The position numbers and the translations under genes are program-made. Positions 17,524 to 29,576 of a stretch of DNA of 64,000 nt are shown one piece after another. Numbering within the stretch: position 1 is the first letter of the stretch; every line of letters begins with the position of its first letter. The stretch is from Eledone cirrhosa (lineage: Eukaryota), in NCBI GenBank assembly GCA_964016885.1, contig OZ024741.1:76942001-77006000 (forward strand), read 5' to 3'. The notes below the pieces were generated by a model. That model had not been told where the DNA came from. It worked only from the letters and a program-made list of their open reading frames with translations, and ran no database searches.

Positions 17524-20205
17524 TCATCATCATCATCATCATCACCGTTTTACATCCGTTCTTCCACGCTAGCATGGGTTAGACGGGTTGTCCTGTTGTG
17601 TGCAGTGTCTGGTCGGCTGACCATGCCTTGCTCATACAGGAACTGATCTGGCTTGATTTCTACAGCTGGATGCCCTTCCTAACACCAACCTCATTTACAG
17701 TGAGTGCTGGGTGCTTTTTCGTGGTGCCTACACGTCCACTTTACAGTGTGGGCTGGGTGCTTTTTTGCCGTGGCACCTCCACGACCACCTTGCGGTGGGG
17801 GGTGTGGGGGCATATTGTTTATATGCTTCAGCATGTGCCCATGGGAGGTCGGGTACTCTGTATTACTGCGTGACGCCAGAAGTCACGGTCGTGTCTCATT
17901 GTCTTTGAGAGGTGTAATTGGGTAAGGTCAGCTTTTATCACCTCATCCCAGGTCATCTTGGGTCTCCCCACTCCGCGGTTTCCATCAACTTCTAGTGCTC
18001 TGCACCTTTTTATGCAGCTGTCATCCTTCATATGCATCACATGTCCATACCAGCGCAACCGCCTCTCCTGCACACAGCATTTGATTCCTCTTATGCTCAG
18101 TCTCTCTCTCAATTCATTTATGCTTTGTCGTTCACGTATATTACTGTTACACATCCATCGGAGCATGCAGGCTTCGTTTCTCTCTAATCTACGTAAGTCT
18201 TCCACCTTCAGCGCCCAGGTCTCACTACCATGCAACATCGCTGTTCGGATACACGCATCATACAGTCTGCCTTTCATTCTGAGGGAGAAGCCTTTTGCAG
18301 CTAGCAGTGGTAGTAGTTCCCTAAACTTCTTCCATCCCGTTCTTACCCTAGTTATTGTACTTTCTGAACACCCACCTCCGTTGCTAATTCGGTCACCTAG
18401 GTAGCAGAAGCTGTCTACTGTTTCTACAGGGCCCTCCCAGAGATTGGTGGTACTTGTTTCCTGTGGCTGTTTGCTGCTTGCTGTTTCAGCACAGCTGCTG
18501 CATGTGAATCCTACATTCTTAACTAAGCTTCCTGAGATCCCGCTACATCTCTTGTGTACCCATTGTTTGCATTTGGGGCAGAGAATGGAGTTCCTACCTA
18601 CACCTTTCCTACATACTGAGCAAGGCCATTTCCCTGAGGGGATCTGGGTTCTGTTTTCTCGTCTACTTACAAGGACCTTAGCCTTTGTCATGTTGACTTT
18701 GAGACCCTTTCTTTCTAGTCCCTGCTTCCAGGTTTGGAATTTATTCTCTAGTTCTACCATAGATTCAGCTATGAGTGCGAGGTCATCAGCATACAGGAGT
18801 TCCCATGGGCATCCGGTCTTAAACTCCTCCGTTATTGCCTGCAGGACTATGATGAACAGGAGAGGGCTAAGAACAGAGCCTTGGTGGACCCCAACCTGTA
18901 CGCTAAATTCCTCGCTATACTCATTGCTAATCCTAACTTTGCTGACTGCTCCCCTATACATGGCTTGTACCGCTTTCACAAGCCGTTCATCTACTCCTAG
19001 TTTTCTAAGAGCCCACCAGATTACAACACGTGGAACTCTGTCAAAGGCTTTCTCAAGGTCGACAAATGCCAAGTAGAGTGGCTTACTTTTAGCTAGGTAC
19101 TTTTCCTGTAATTGCCTCACAAGGAAGAGGGCATCAGAGGTGCCTCTTCCTGGTACAAACCCAAATTGCATCTCGTCTATTTTCACCCGGTCAATAATCA
19201 GCTGTGCTATAACTCTTTCTGTTACTTTCATGACCTGGTCCATCAACTTTATACCTCTATAGTTTCCTCTATCTAGTGCATCGCCTTTACCTTTGTAGCA
19301 GTTGACAATGATGCTACTGCACCAATCTTTTGGTATGGCCCCTTCTAGTATTACCTGGTTAACGATACGTGTGGTTATAGTGTGACCTACAGACCCAGAT
19401 GCCTTCAGCATCTCGGCAGCTATACCCGATGGACCGGTTGCCTTCCCCATCTTCATATCTTTGATTGCCTTACTTACTACGCTGCTGCTGACTTGTACTG
19501 CTGGTCCCTCTATAGGGTCTACTTGGGGTAGGGTCTCTTCTTCCCATGCATTCTCCTCATTTAGTAATCTATCATAATGACTCTTCCATGCATCTTTCTT
19601 CTCAGCACTTGTGAGGGCAAGCTCACCTTTATCATTCCGGATACACTTCTCTCCAATGACATCACAACTATCTCTGACACACTGCCTCGCAATCTTGAAT
19701 ACCTCCTGTTTCTGGTCCCCACGTTGTAAAACATGCTTGAATTTTCTATCCTCTGCTTCCCTCCTAGCTAAGTATACTTGTCGCCTAGCTTCCCTCTTGG
19801 TCTCTATGTAATGTACCCTGCTCCCCCGTTCTTCCATTCTTTCCATGTCTGTCTCTTGGCCTTAACTGCTTCATCTACCTTATTGTTCCACCACCAAGTC
19901 ACTCTCCTCCTGCTTGAGGTCTTACTCCAGCCACAGACCTCATCCGTCGCCTCTAGTAAATTATTTTTTAGGAACTCCCAGTTCTCTTCTACGTTAAATG
20001 TCTCTATCTGTTCTTCTTTACTGTCGTAGGCGTTGAGTAAAATATCTTTAAATCTGTTACTGGTTGAGGGGACTTTCAGCTTCCAGATCTTTCTTCTCCA
20101 GGTTGGCCTCTGTTTCCGGGTTCATCTAGTTCTGACCGTGAGGTCGCTGACAACTAAGCTATGTTGGGATGTACATTCCTCATTAGGGAAGGCTTTTATA
20201 GATAC
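17524..20205 (-). mobile_element. 5'-truncated RTE-clade LINE, young
   Basis: Contains the end of the APE domain (KAFPNEECTSQHSLVVSDL, ~20140-20200), one frameshift in a G run near 19825, an intact RT frame, a 3' UTR and a (GAT)n tail. Confidence 0.95.
17828..19846 (-). CDS. RTE LINE reverse transcriptase with an inserted PHD-like zinc finger (partial ORF)
   Basis: 672-aa open frame with NYRGIKL, QFGFVPG, FVDLEKAFDRV, GVHQGSVLSP and LLYADDL, followed by CSVC-x-CPKC-x-H-x-C-x-CSSC. The listed Met is not the true start. Confidence 0.92.
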   Translation of the reverse strand: MERMEERGSRVHYIETKREARRQVYLARREAEDRKFKHVLQRGDQKQEVFKIARQCVRDSCDVIGEKCIRNDKGELALTSAEKKDAWKSHYDRLLNEENAWEEETLPQVDPIEGPAVQVSSSVVSKAIKDMKMGKATGPSGIAAEMLKASGSVGHTITTRIVNQVILEGAIPKDWCSSIIVNCYKGKGDALDRGNYRGIKLMDQVMKVTERVIAQLIIDRVKIDEMQFGFVPGRGTSDALFLVRQLQEKYLAKSKPLYLAFVDLEKAFDRVPRVVIWWALRKLGVDERLVKAVQAMYRGAVSKVRISNEYSEEFSVQVGVHQGSVLSPLLFIIVLQAITEEFKTGCPWELLYADDLALIAESMVELENKFQTWKQGLERKGLKVNMTKAKVLVSRRENRTQIPSGKWPCSVCRKGVGRNSILCPKCKQWVHKRCSGISGSLVKNVGFTCSSCAETASSKQPQETSTTNLWEGPVETVDSFCYLGDRISNGGGCSESTITRVRTGWKKFRELLPLLAAKGFSLRMKGRLYDACIRTAMLHGSETWALKVEDLRRLERNEACMLRWMCNSNIRERQSINELRERLSIRGIKCCVQERRLRWYGHVMHMKDDSCIKRCRALEVDGNRGVGRPKMTWDEVIKADLTQLHLSKTMRHDRDFWRHAVIQSTRPPMGTC

Positions 20206-20774
20206 AATTCATCCGATGGGTTTCAAATAAGTTTCCATTTACCTATTTTCACTCACAAGTTTTGGGTTAGCTCAATGCTATATATAAAATACATTTGCCC
20301 AAGATGCCACAGTGGGATCAAGCCTACAACCTCATAATAGGATCAGCATCATATTGTATCATATACCAAGAAGCTGAAGCTAAATATTGGCCCTTAATCA
20401 TTTCATTACCATATTTCTAATGAAATATTTTCAAATCATTTTGAAAATAATCAAGTTTTTGAAGGGATTTAATATAACTAACTTTCTCATTATGAAGCTT
20501 GTGTTTGGAACATAGCTAAACAAAGGTTCTTACGTAAAATTATGATGGAAGGATTTCAGATATATATAAACACTAGGGGTGAATTTAGGTAGTTTGGTAT
20601 CAAAAGGTTTAAAAGACCCTGGAGTCTTAGAAATTACTTTTCAAATATCAAGCTGCTATTTTTAGCGGCGTAGGTTTTCGAGACAAGCTAGGCTCCGAAG
20701 ACATGTGCGTTATTTCATATCGCACACAATTCAGTCTTCTAAGATTTTTAGAAGTGGAAGGATGGCTAATTTTT

Positions 20775-20855
20775 ACACCTACTGATGAGCAGAGAGTTGG
20801 TGATGCCTTCGCTTAATATAATTTTGTGAAATAGTTTCTATAACTGTCTAGGTGT
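20775..20855 (+). ncRNA. Type I hammerhead ribozyme motif
   Basis: Stem I ACACCTA/TAGGTGT; core CTGATGA (20782-88); stem II GCAGAG/TTTTGT (G-U rich); GAAA (20828-31); stem III TAGTT-tctat-AACTG; cleavage triplet GTC (cut after 20848). Confidence 0.8.
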
Positions 20856-21578
20856 TTTCAGGCAGTTGCCCAATATAGGTTTGTTATTCCTTTTCTTGAT
20901 TTACTACTTTAAATTAAGTCTGGCAAACCATATTGTTAGAGTTAGTATTTTTTCACCCTAGCAAACCTGGTGCTTTACAATTCGAACACATGTATGTTTA
21001 TATTTGTGTTTATCGCTCTTGTATGTTCAATTATATTACACGGCTCAGAAAAACTTCTTTCTTAGAGCTATTTAATTGTAAAAGACTATTTGGAGTTTCT
21101 AACTCAGTATATGATATATATATATATATATATGTTAATTTTCCTTCTGTGCTGTACTGTGTATTGAACCACCATTGTATAGTTCCAGTAACAGTTTGTC
21201 TATAAGAAATTGCCTGGAAGCTAAAGAAAAAACTTATGAATTTTATAGAATATAATCATCTTTACCAAGTTTTAAAAATTATTTGTAATTAATTGTTGTT
21301 GTTATTAAGGCCAAGGTCAACAATGATTGTGCAGAACTATAATCAAAAGTATTCCAGCAGTGACCAACCAATCTTCTCCCTATGTGCAAAGAATCCCCGT
21401 CTACATTTTCCAATAGTGGTAGGGTATGATTTGAGGGAAATTTTTTTTTTTTCTAGTAGGTTTAGTGACAACATGGAGGATCCTTTATTGGTTTGTGTGC
21501 CAGATATGTAGTCATGGGCAAGGGTTAACTGGAGCCAGAGTTGAAGCAACCATGGAGAAAGCAAAAAACAAAAAGAAA

Positions 21579-21662
21579 TTAAGAGAAAGTGTGAGAGTTG
21601 TTTAAGAGAAAGTGTGAGAGTTGTTTAAGAGAAAGAGTGAGAGTTGTTTAAGAGAAAGAGAG
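21579..21662. repeat. 23-bp tandem repeat, ~3.5 copies
   Basis: Unit TTAAGAGAAAGTGTGAGAGTTGT. Confidence 0.9.
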
Positions 21663-21794
21663 AGAACAGAAACATTTAGGAGGGTGGTGGGTGTATTTCT
21701 ATGTTTTTTGTTTTGTTTTGTTTTTTACAAGGGTAAATGACATTTAAAAATGTTATTTAAAGTAGTGTAAAAGTGCTAGAATTCTGAGTGATAT

Positions 21795-21846
<52 letters not shown>

Positions 21847-23165
21847 TACAAAATAGTGGGAATGGAAGCAGTAAAAAAAAATACTGTTTCCTCTAACAGT
21901 AAAGTCATTGTTGTTGTTGTTGTTGGTGGCGGTGGTGGGATCTGGTCCTAGGTGAATTCTGATTTGGAAGATTAACGATAAAAAATGTTCCAGTTGTGAC
22001 CATCCAAATCTATAGTATTCAACATATCCTATATTTAAAGATATTATGGAGTAATTTGAGGGAGATTTTGCTGCTATTTCTAACAGGTTGTAGTAGTAAT
22101 AGTAGGGGTGGTGGTTATAGTAGTAGAAGTAGTGGTAGTGATAGTAGTAGAAGTAGTGGTAGTGGTAGTAGTAGTTATGGTGGTAGTAGTAGCAGACCTA
22201 TAACCAAAGGTATTCCATCTGTGACCATCATGTCGTATATTGTGTCATGCTGTATCTATGACTACATTAATGAATGTGTCTACTTTTTTTTCAGATAGTA
22301 GCATATGATTTAAGGGAGAGATCTGACTGCTATTTCTAGCAGTGATCACATAAAAGCTCCTTCACAAAAAGCCTATAGTAGTGTATCATTGGCACCCTTC
22401 AGTTATGAATGACTATGGTTTTGCACCTAGAAAGTTCCCCTCCAAGGTACAAGCCCAGCAGTTGCCAAAGACACTCCAATATTCCCTCTTCACACTGCAG
22501 GTGTTGTACAAGGAAAAGGCAAAAGCTGATGCAGTTTCGCACCAGTGACGTCACAATGCATTACTAGGTCCCAGAATGAAACTTAAAATTTCATGATGTA
22601 ACCAATAAGCACCATTAACCAACACCATCATCATTACTGTTTATTGTCCATTTTTCCACGCTAGAATGCATTAGATGGTTGTCCTGTTGTGAACAATGCC
22701 AGGTCAAGTGACCATGTCTTGCTCATACAGAACAGATTTTGGCTTGGTTTCTAGAGCTGGATGGCCTTCCTAACACCAACCTCATTTTCAGTGAGTACTG
22801 GGTGCTTTTTGTCATGATACCTACATGACCACTTTACAGTGTGGTCTGGTAAAAGATATTCCAGCTGTGACCATCATGTTTTTCAAACAAAATGTATCCA
22901 GGGCTATATTTATTCTTTTTTTTTTTTTTAAAGATGATTGGGTGTAGTTTAATGGATATTTGGCTGCTATTTATAGCAGGTTGAACATCCACATAGATAC
23001 TGCTTCATTGAAACAAATGTTTAGTCAGGTGGTAGTATATCTGACAGAGGTGAAGTCAAAGCAGTCCAAATATGTCTCACTCCAGAGAAAATTATTAAGA
23101 ATCAGTTCTGTAGTTTCAATAGCGTTTTGTGGATTAGAGCAAATCCAGGGACTTGATAGAATAAT

Positions 23166-23227
<62 letters not shown>

Positions 23228-23344
23228 CTATCTCACTTCTTACATATCTTTCATTCTTTTTCTATCTCTTTTTTGAGGACTGTTGTTGAGGCAATGTTGG
23301 GTAGAGTGTTCTGACCCAGAAACACAAATAAACTACTGCCACTG

Positions 23345-23545
23345 CTGCTGATGAAAATAATGCAGATACTACTGCTCATGATGATGATGATAATGCAGAT
23401 ACTACTGCTGCTGCTGATGATGATAGTGCAGATACTACTGTTGATGATGATGATGATGATGATGATAATGCAGATACTACTGCTGATGATGATAATGCAG
23501 ATACTACTACTGATGATGATAATGCAGATACTACTACTGATGATG
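23345..23545. repeat. Compound minisatellite (GAT)n-AATGCAGATACTACT
   Basis: About 6 copies of AATGCAGATACTACT separated by variable GAT/CTG runs. Confidence 0.9.
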
Positions 23546-23576
23546 AAATGGAACCCCTTAATATGTTTTCACTCAC

Positions 23577-23682
23577 CTTCTTTCGGTGGCTCAAGGTTTA
23601 GCAAAGTCTTTACATCTTTTCCTTCTTGCTGTAATGTTTCCCACTCAGCCCAGGTTTTGGCCATAATTTAAAGATGGAGGTG
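23577..23682 (-). CDS. Candidate first coding exon of an unidentified gene (MAKTWAEWETLQQEGKDVKTLLNLEPPKE)
   Basis: Acceptor TTCCTTTGCAG, an in-frame upstream TAA, ATG at 23664, a 29-codon open frame and a consensus donor AAG|GTGAGT. Sequence is non-repetitive within the window. Confidence 0.45.
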
Positions 23683-25724
23683 CTGCAAAGGAATTTAAAG
23701 CATTATATCATAAAATAAGTACTATCACATAACAATCAACAAAACAAACAAACAAAAATTATTTTAAGAGATCAAAATGTATAGGGAGAAATGGGAACAA
23801 TAAGCTGCTGGCAACCTATCAAAGGGTGCAGTAACTCCAAATAAAAACTAATACAGGGTACATGGGATTCTTCAGTCTTGTTGCAGACAATGCCACTAGT
23901 GCCAGTGGCACAACTAAATGCAATCAGTTTACACAGCAAAGTGGTTGGTAACAGGAAGAGGATTTAGCTGTAAAAAGGTGATGTACATAACAAAGAAGTT
24001 GGCTGGGTTTCTCTGTGGCTCTGTGTGCTAGACAATGAAGGACTGTGAAGAAAGGTGAGACACCATGCAACTTGTTCAACCCATGTCAGCATGGAAAAAC
24101 AATTGGAAAAATAATGATGATGATGACGAGGATGATTCAAAATACTGATCTGGTTTTGGATTTCTTAAACAATCTGTTCTTTCCTTTATAACATACACAC
24201 ATATATATAACATTTTCAAACTTTTTGCTCCTTATTTCCTTCTGGGCTTTAGCACTTCTACCACAGACTCAAATATTCTCATCCCAACAAGAAAGCTTCT
24301 AGCTGGTCAACCAGCCTACTTGGAAAATATATCAGCTGGAACTAAAAATTGAATTAAACTATGAAAGATTACTCTCCTTCTCCATCTTCTTGAAGACCTT
24401 ATTTCAATGTTTAGTTCATTAAAATATTGGGAGTTCTCTTATTTGCTCCTTGTGAAAAGAAGTTTTCATCAATATTATTGAAATTTTCTTCTATCATATT
24501 TATAATTTTAATTGATTAAATATCATTTTCAGCTCATCACACCAAGTATAGTAATCTGCATTTTTTACACACACCACACACACACACACACATACATCTA
24601 TTGAGTGCTTTGTGATTGCCTCAAACAACTCAACTTTGATTCATACCTAATATAATACAATATATCATCATCATCATCGTTTAACGTCCATATTCCACGC
24701 TAACATGGGTTAGACGGTTTTGTTCCATTTGATGCGGGAATGGTCGAGAGACCGTGTCTCGCGTGTACAGAAGTGACTATATATATATCTGTATGTGGTT
24801 GATGGCTGAGAGAAAAGAGTACTCAATACTGATGACCCTGTGATAGACAGGCAACACTCCAGGGTAACAAGATTCACTATTTAGCCTTAATAAAATGAAT
24901 ATATATATATATATATTTGTCTGACATTTCTCACTCATTCTCATTCTTCTCCTCCAATAAATAGACACACAATGCTGTTAGGAAGATATCTTTTCTATGA
25001 CTACTTACACAATTGAAAAACTGACCTGACATAGTGCTAGAGTTCAAGGTTTAATCCCTGCCCAACTCTTGAAACACACACATACACCTCTTATATATAA
25101 GGAAGTTTATAGTAAATGAGACCAATGGGGCCAGGCTTCACCCAACAGCACCCTGTACTGTTAAAGCCTTACTCACACACAACACTCCAGTCATAGTGGT
25201 TTATATTACAAACAAATATGTGTGCAATGTTGATTTTTATCACTGAACAAATACTCAGTTATTCTGAATAACACAACCACCATAAATTCAACAGGTGTTC
25301 TTAAATACATTAATTTAGAATTTATTTCTTTATATTCTTTTACTAGTTCCAGTCACTGAATTGTGGCCATGCTGGTGCACTGCCTTGAAGGGGTTTTAAG
25401 TCAATCGTATCAACCTTATACATACTTCAGTCTGATACTTATTTTATTGATTGTTATTTAGCGACTTGCAAAGTTATAAGACATAGAGAGATACAACATA
25501 AAAGAATATTTCTTAAACAGGTGTAAACATAAACACAAATATAGAAACAGACACACACATACATATATATATGTACACCTTATATACTTGTGTATAAGTA
25601 ACGCCCTTTTCCATGTTAAGAAAAAAAATTAATATAAAAAAAAACAGCACACAGCTTATCTATTGCACCTACAAAACCTTATATGCAAGTCGTGCACTAA
25701 ACCAAGAATGTTGTATAACATATA

Positions 25725-25809
<85 letters not shown>

Positions 25810-25830
25810 ATATATATATACACACATATA

Positions 25831-25867
<37 letters not shown>

Positions 25868-25875
<8 letters not shown>

Positions 25876-25987
25876 AGAGTCAGGACTCCGATGGCTGAGC
25901 TCTGGCCGTTTCGACAGCTAGATCCGAACTGATCTAGCTCTTGAAACGGCCGGAGCTCAGCCGTCAGGGTCCTGACTCTTTTCATAT
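25868..25987. other. ~120-bp fold-back palindrome (57-bp arms, 6-nt loop) inserted in (TA)n
   Basis: ATATGAAAAGAGTCAGGAC...AGCTAGATC-cgaact-GATCTAGCT...GTCCTGACTCTTTTCATAT, with about 6 mismatches. Confidence 0.9.
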
Positions 25988-26102
25988 TTCCCAATCTACT
26001 ACCCTAAGTATTGAGTACTCTGGTGCGTTATGGTCCACCTGGTATCTTACCACACCCTCTTTGTTATATATATATATTCTCACATACACACACACATATA
26101 TA

Positions 26103-26138
<36 letters not shown>

Positions 26139-26174
26139 TATATCATATATAGGTACCAATATATAAGTATCGTC

Positions 26175-27125
26175 CAGTGGGCTATAACAGAAGTGTTTAA
26201 GATTGGCTGCCCCTGGGAACTTCTGTATGCAGATAATTTAACTCTGAAACTATGGCAGAATTAGAGATGATATTCCAAACCTGAAAGCATGGCCTCGAAT
26301 CAAAAGGTCTTAAAGTTAACTTGTGAAAGACTAAAGTCTTAGTATATAGAAAAGAAAACATGGTCCAGATTCCCTCAGGGAAATGGCCTTGCTTAGTGTG
26401 CAGGAAAGGAGCAGGTAGAAATTCCATTCTATGCCCCAAATGCAAGCTATGGTTACAGAACAGATGTAATGGTATCACAGGCAGGCTATTAAAGAACATA
26501 GGTTTTTATATGTGGCTGATGCACAAGTGCAGTAAGTAGCAAGAGCCCGTAGGATACTGGCTCCCTCAAATGTCCAGAGAGCTCTGTAGAAATAGTTGAC
26601 AGTTTCTTTGAACTGAGTGACCAAATTAGCAGTGGAGGAGGGTGTTCTGAAAGCACAGTAGCCAGAGTGAGAACGAGATGGAGAAAGTTCAGGGAGCTAC
26701 TACCACTGCTGGCTACAAAAGGTTTTTTCCCTCAAAATGAAAGACAGATTGTATGATGCATATATACAAACAGCAATGTTGCATGGGAGTGAAACATAGG
26801 CACTGTGTGTAGAAGACCTGTGAAGATTGTAAAGAAATGAAGCCTGCATGCTCCAATGGATGTGTAATAGTAATATACGTGAATGATAAAGCATCAATGA
26901 ACTCAGAGAGAAACTGGGAATAAGAGGGATCTGATGTAGACGCATTGGTATGGTCATGTGGTGCATATGAAGGATGATAACTGTATAAAAGGCTGCAGGG
27001 CAATCAAAGTTGATGGAAGCTATAGAAGAGGAAGACCTAGGAAAGATTGGGAGAAGATGATAAAAGCTGATCTTGCACAATTACATCGCTTAAAGATGAT
27101 GACACAGGATCGACATCTTTGGCCA
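26175..27125 (+). mobile_element. RTE LINE fragment, C-terminal half of RT, decayed
   Basis: AITEVFKIGCPWELLYAD, PSGKWPCLVCRKG and RPRKDW remnants with stops. Confidence 0.9.
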
Positions 27126-27358
27126 TAGTCATTGTTAACCCTAACTTTGCTGACTGCTCCCCTATACATGGCTTGTATAGCTGTCACAAGCCACTCATCT
27201 ACTCCTAGTTTTCTAAGCATGGGGCACTCTGTCGAAGGCTTTTCCCAGATTGATAAATGCCAGGTAGAGCAGCTTACTTTTAGCTAGGTACTTTTCCTGT
27301 AACTGCCTCACAAGGAAGAGAGCATCAGTGGTACTTTTGCCTGGCACAAACCCAAAGT
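27126..27358 (-). mobile_element. RTE LINE fragment, inverted relative to its neighbour
   Basis: HFGFVPGKSTTDALF...QAMYRGAVSKVRVNNDY. Confidence 0.9.
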
Positions 27359-27696
27359 GCATATATGAATATATATACAAGATATAATGCTTGTGTACAA
27401 ACAGTGATGCAGCATGGGCTTTGAATGTAGATCTGTGACAAATAGAAAAAAATGAGGCAAGCATTGTTTAGATGATGTCCAAAATAAATAAAGACAATTT
27501 AGTGGAGTCATGTCAATGAGTCAAGTCCAGTATTGAGGCAGTCATCAAAGCTGAAGGTGGATTCATAGAATAAACTTTTAAGAAAGTTTATCAAGAACAT
27601 GTGCAAAAATGTTTATGAAAATGCATTTGTTTTTGCTAGATTAGAGTTGTTTTAACAAATATGTCCTTAAATACCCCTCACACACACATATATATA

Positions 27697-28200
27697 TCAT
27701 TATCATCATTGTTTAAAATCTATTTTCCACACTAGCATGGGTTAGACGGGTTTGTCCCATTAGAGGCGAGTTGGGTTGGGTGACCATGTCTCGCTCATAT
27801 AGGACTGTTTCTGGTTAGATTTGTACGGCTGGATGCCCTTCCTAACGCCAACCACATTTACAGTGAATAATGGGTGCTTTTTGCCATATCTCCTACATGT
27901 CTACTTTACTGTGTGGGCTAGGTGCTTTTAATCATGACACCTACACGGCCACTTTACAGTGCGGCTGGATGTTTTTGTGATACCAACACAACTTTACAGA
28001 GTAAGGGTGGTGTGGGCAGAAGTGGGAGTGTATAGTGGATTAAGAGGTGCCTGCACATGTTTGTTTGAGTCCCTGCACAAGGGAAGGCGGGTCCTCTGTA
28101 TTACTGCATAGCGCCAAAGATCTCGATCCTGTGTCATTGTCTTTCAGAGATGCAAATGTGTAAGGTAAACTTTTATCAACTTTCTGGGTCTTCCTACTCT
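27697..28200 (-). mobile_element. RTE 3' end fragment
   Basis: (CAT)n tail and the shared GGCTGGATGCCCTTCCTAAC 3' UTR block. Confidence 0.8.
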
Positions 28201-28461
28201 GTAGCTTTTAAACCTGGTGGAGCCCATCATCTCTCCAGGTCTGAATACAGCATATTTCTTTCAGAGAAAGATAGAGTGCAAGAGAATGGAAGTAAGAAGG
28301 ATATATAGCGGAAGAATCGCACTAGACTGGTACTTTTTTTTATCAACTTTGAATGGATGAAAGGCAGAGTTTTTCAGCGGTATTTGAACTCAAAGAGCAG
28401 AGAGCTGGAACAAATACTGCAAAGCATTCTATCCGACATTCTGCTGCTGATTCGCTGCCCG

Positions 28462-28500
<39 letters not shown>

Positions 28501-29199
28501 ATACACAGTCATGGTGCAAACTATGCCAGTATGGAAAGCAGATGTAAAATGAAAATGATGTATATACATGTGTGTGTGTAAATGTTTGTGTCTATGTGTC
28601 TGAGAAACAGTAGGTTTTCAGCTACTGTACAGCTACAGCCATTTTCTTTTCAGTGTCACAGATAAAGTACAAAAGAGGGTAACATGAGGGGGGGATAATT
28701 TGATATGTTAGAGGTCAAAGGATATCAAATTATTTCTGACCTAACTTCTCACACATAAATATTGCTATCAAAATCTCACATGGATAATGTTGCAGTTTGG
28801 GAACTTCAATTTATTCAGGCAATTGAGTAAACATTAAATAGAAATGGCTCAATATATATGGTGTTAGACTATCCTTTAAAGGTGATTTATGGGGCTTTTT
28901 TTATCATAGTCAGAAGAAAGCGCAATGTCCATGATCCATTTCAGGGCCTCTGAGAATGGTGGGAAGGAGGATAAACTTTTAACCCAAGGCATGGTTTGAA
29001 TACTTGCAACAAAACAAACCTTACTGAATGATCCCAATGGTTAGTATGGTGCTGTTAAACCAGGCAGCAGATTAAGTCTATCATCCAAGTAGGCCATGAT
29101 GGGATTAGAACTAGGCATGCAGGCATGGAAAATAGACAGTAAATGGTAATGGTGATGAGGAACATACACACACACACACATCCCCACCCTCTCTCTCTC

Positions 29200-29242
<43 letters not shown>

Positions 29243-29576
29243 CACAAGCCAAAACTGCTTGGTGCCTTGGTAGGGATTTTACCAATCTGTCTATATCATC
29301 ATCATCATCAACACAGTCTAACATTTTTTTTTCTACATTAGCATGTTAGATGAATTGTCCCTTTGAGACAAGCTAGATCAGATGACTGTGTTCTGCTTAT
29401 ACGGCTGCATGCCCTTCCTAATGCCAACTACATTTACAGTGTGTACTTGGTGCTTTTTGTCGGGACACCTACACAAGCACATTAGTGTGGATATATATAT
29501 ATATCATTATCATATTCTAATTTTATAATGAAAGACAAATAATTTTACAAATATTCAAGAATTTAGAAATGTAAAT

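Noticed and set aside
17958-19076. Plus-strand ORFs of 148 and 210 aa
   Set aside because: They are antisense shadows of the RTE RT frame.
25613-25994. ORFs rich in YI, CV or HT dipeptides, here and elsewhere
   Set aside because: They are translations of (TA)n and (CA)n microsatellites.
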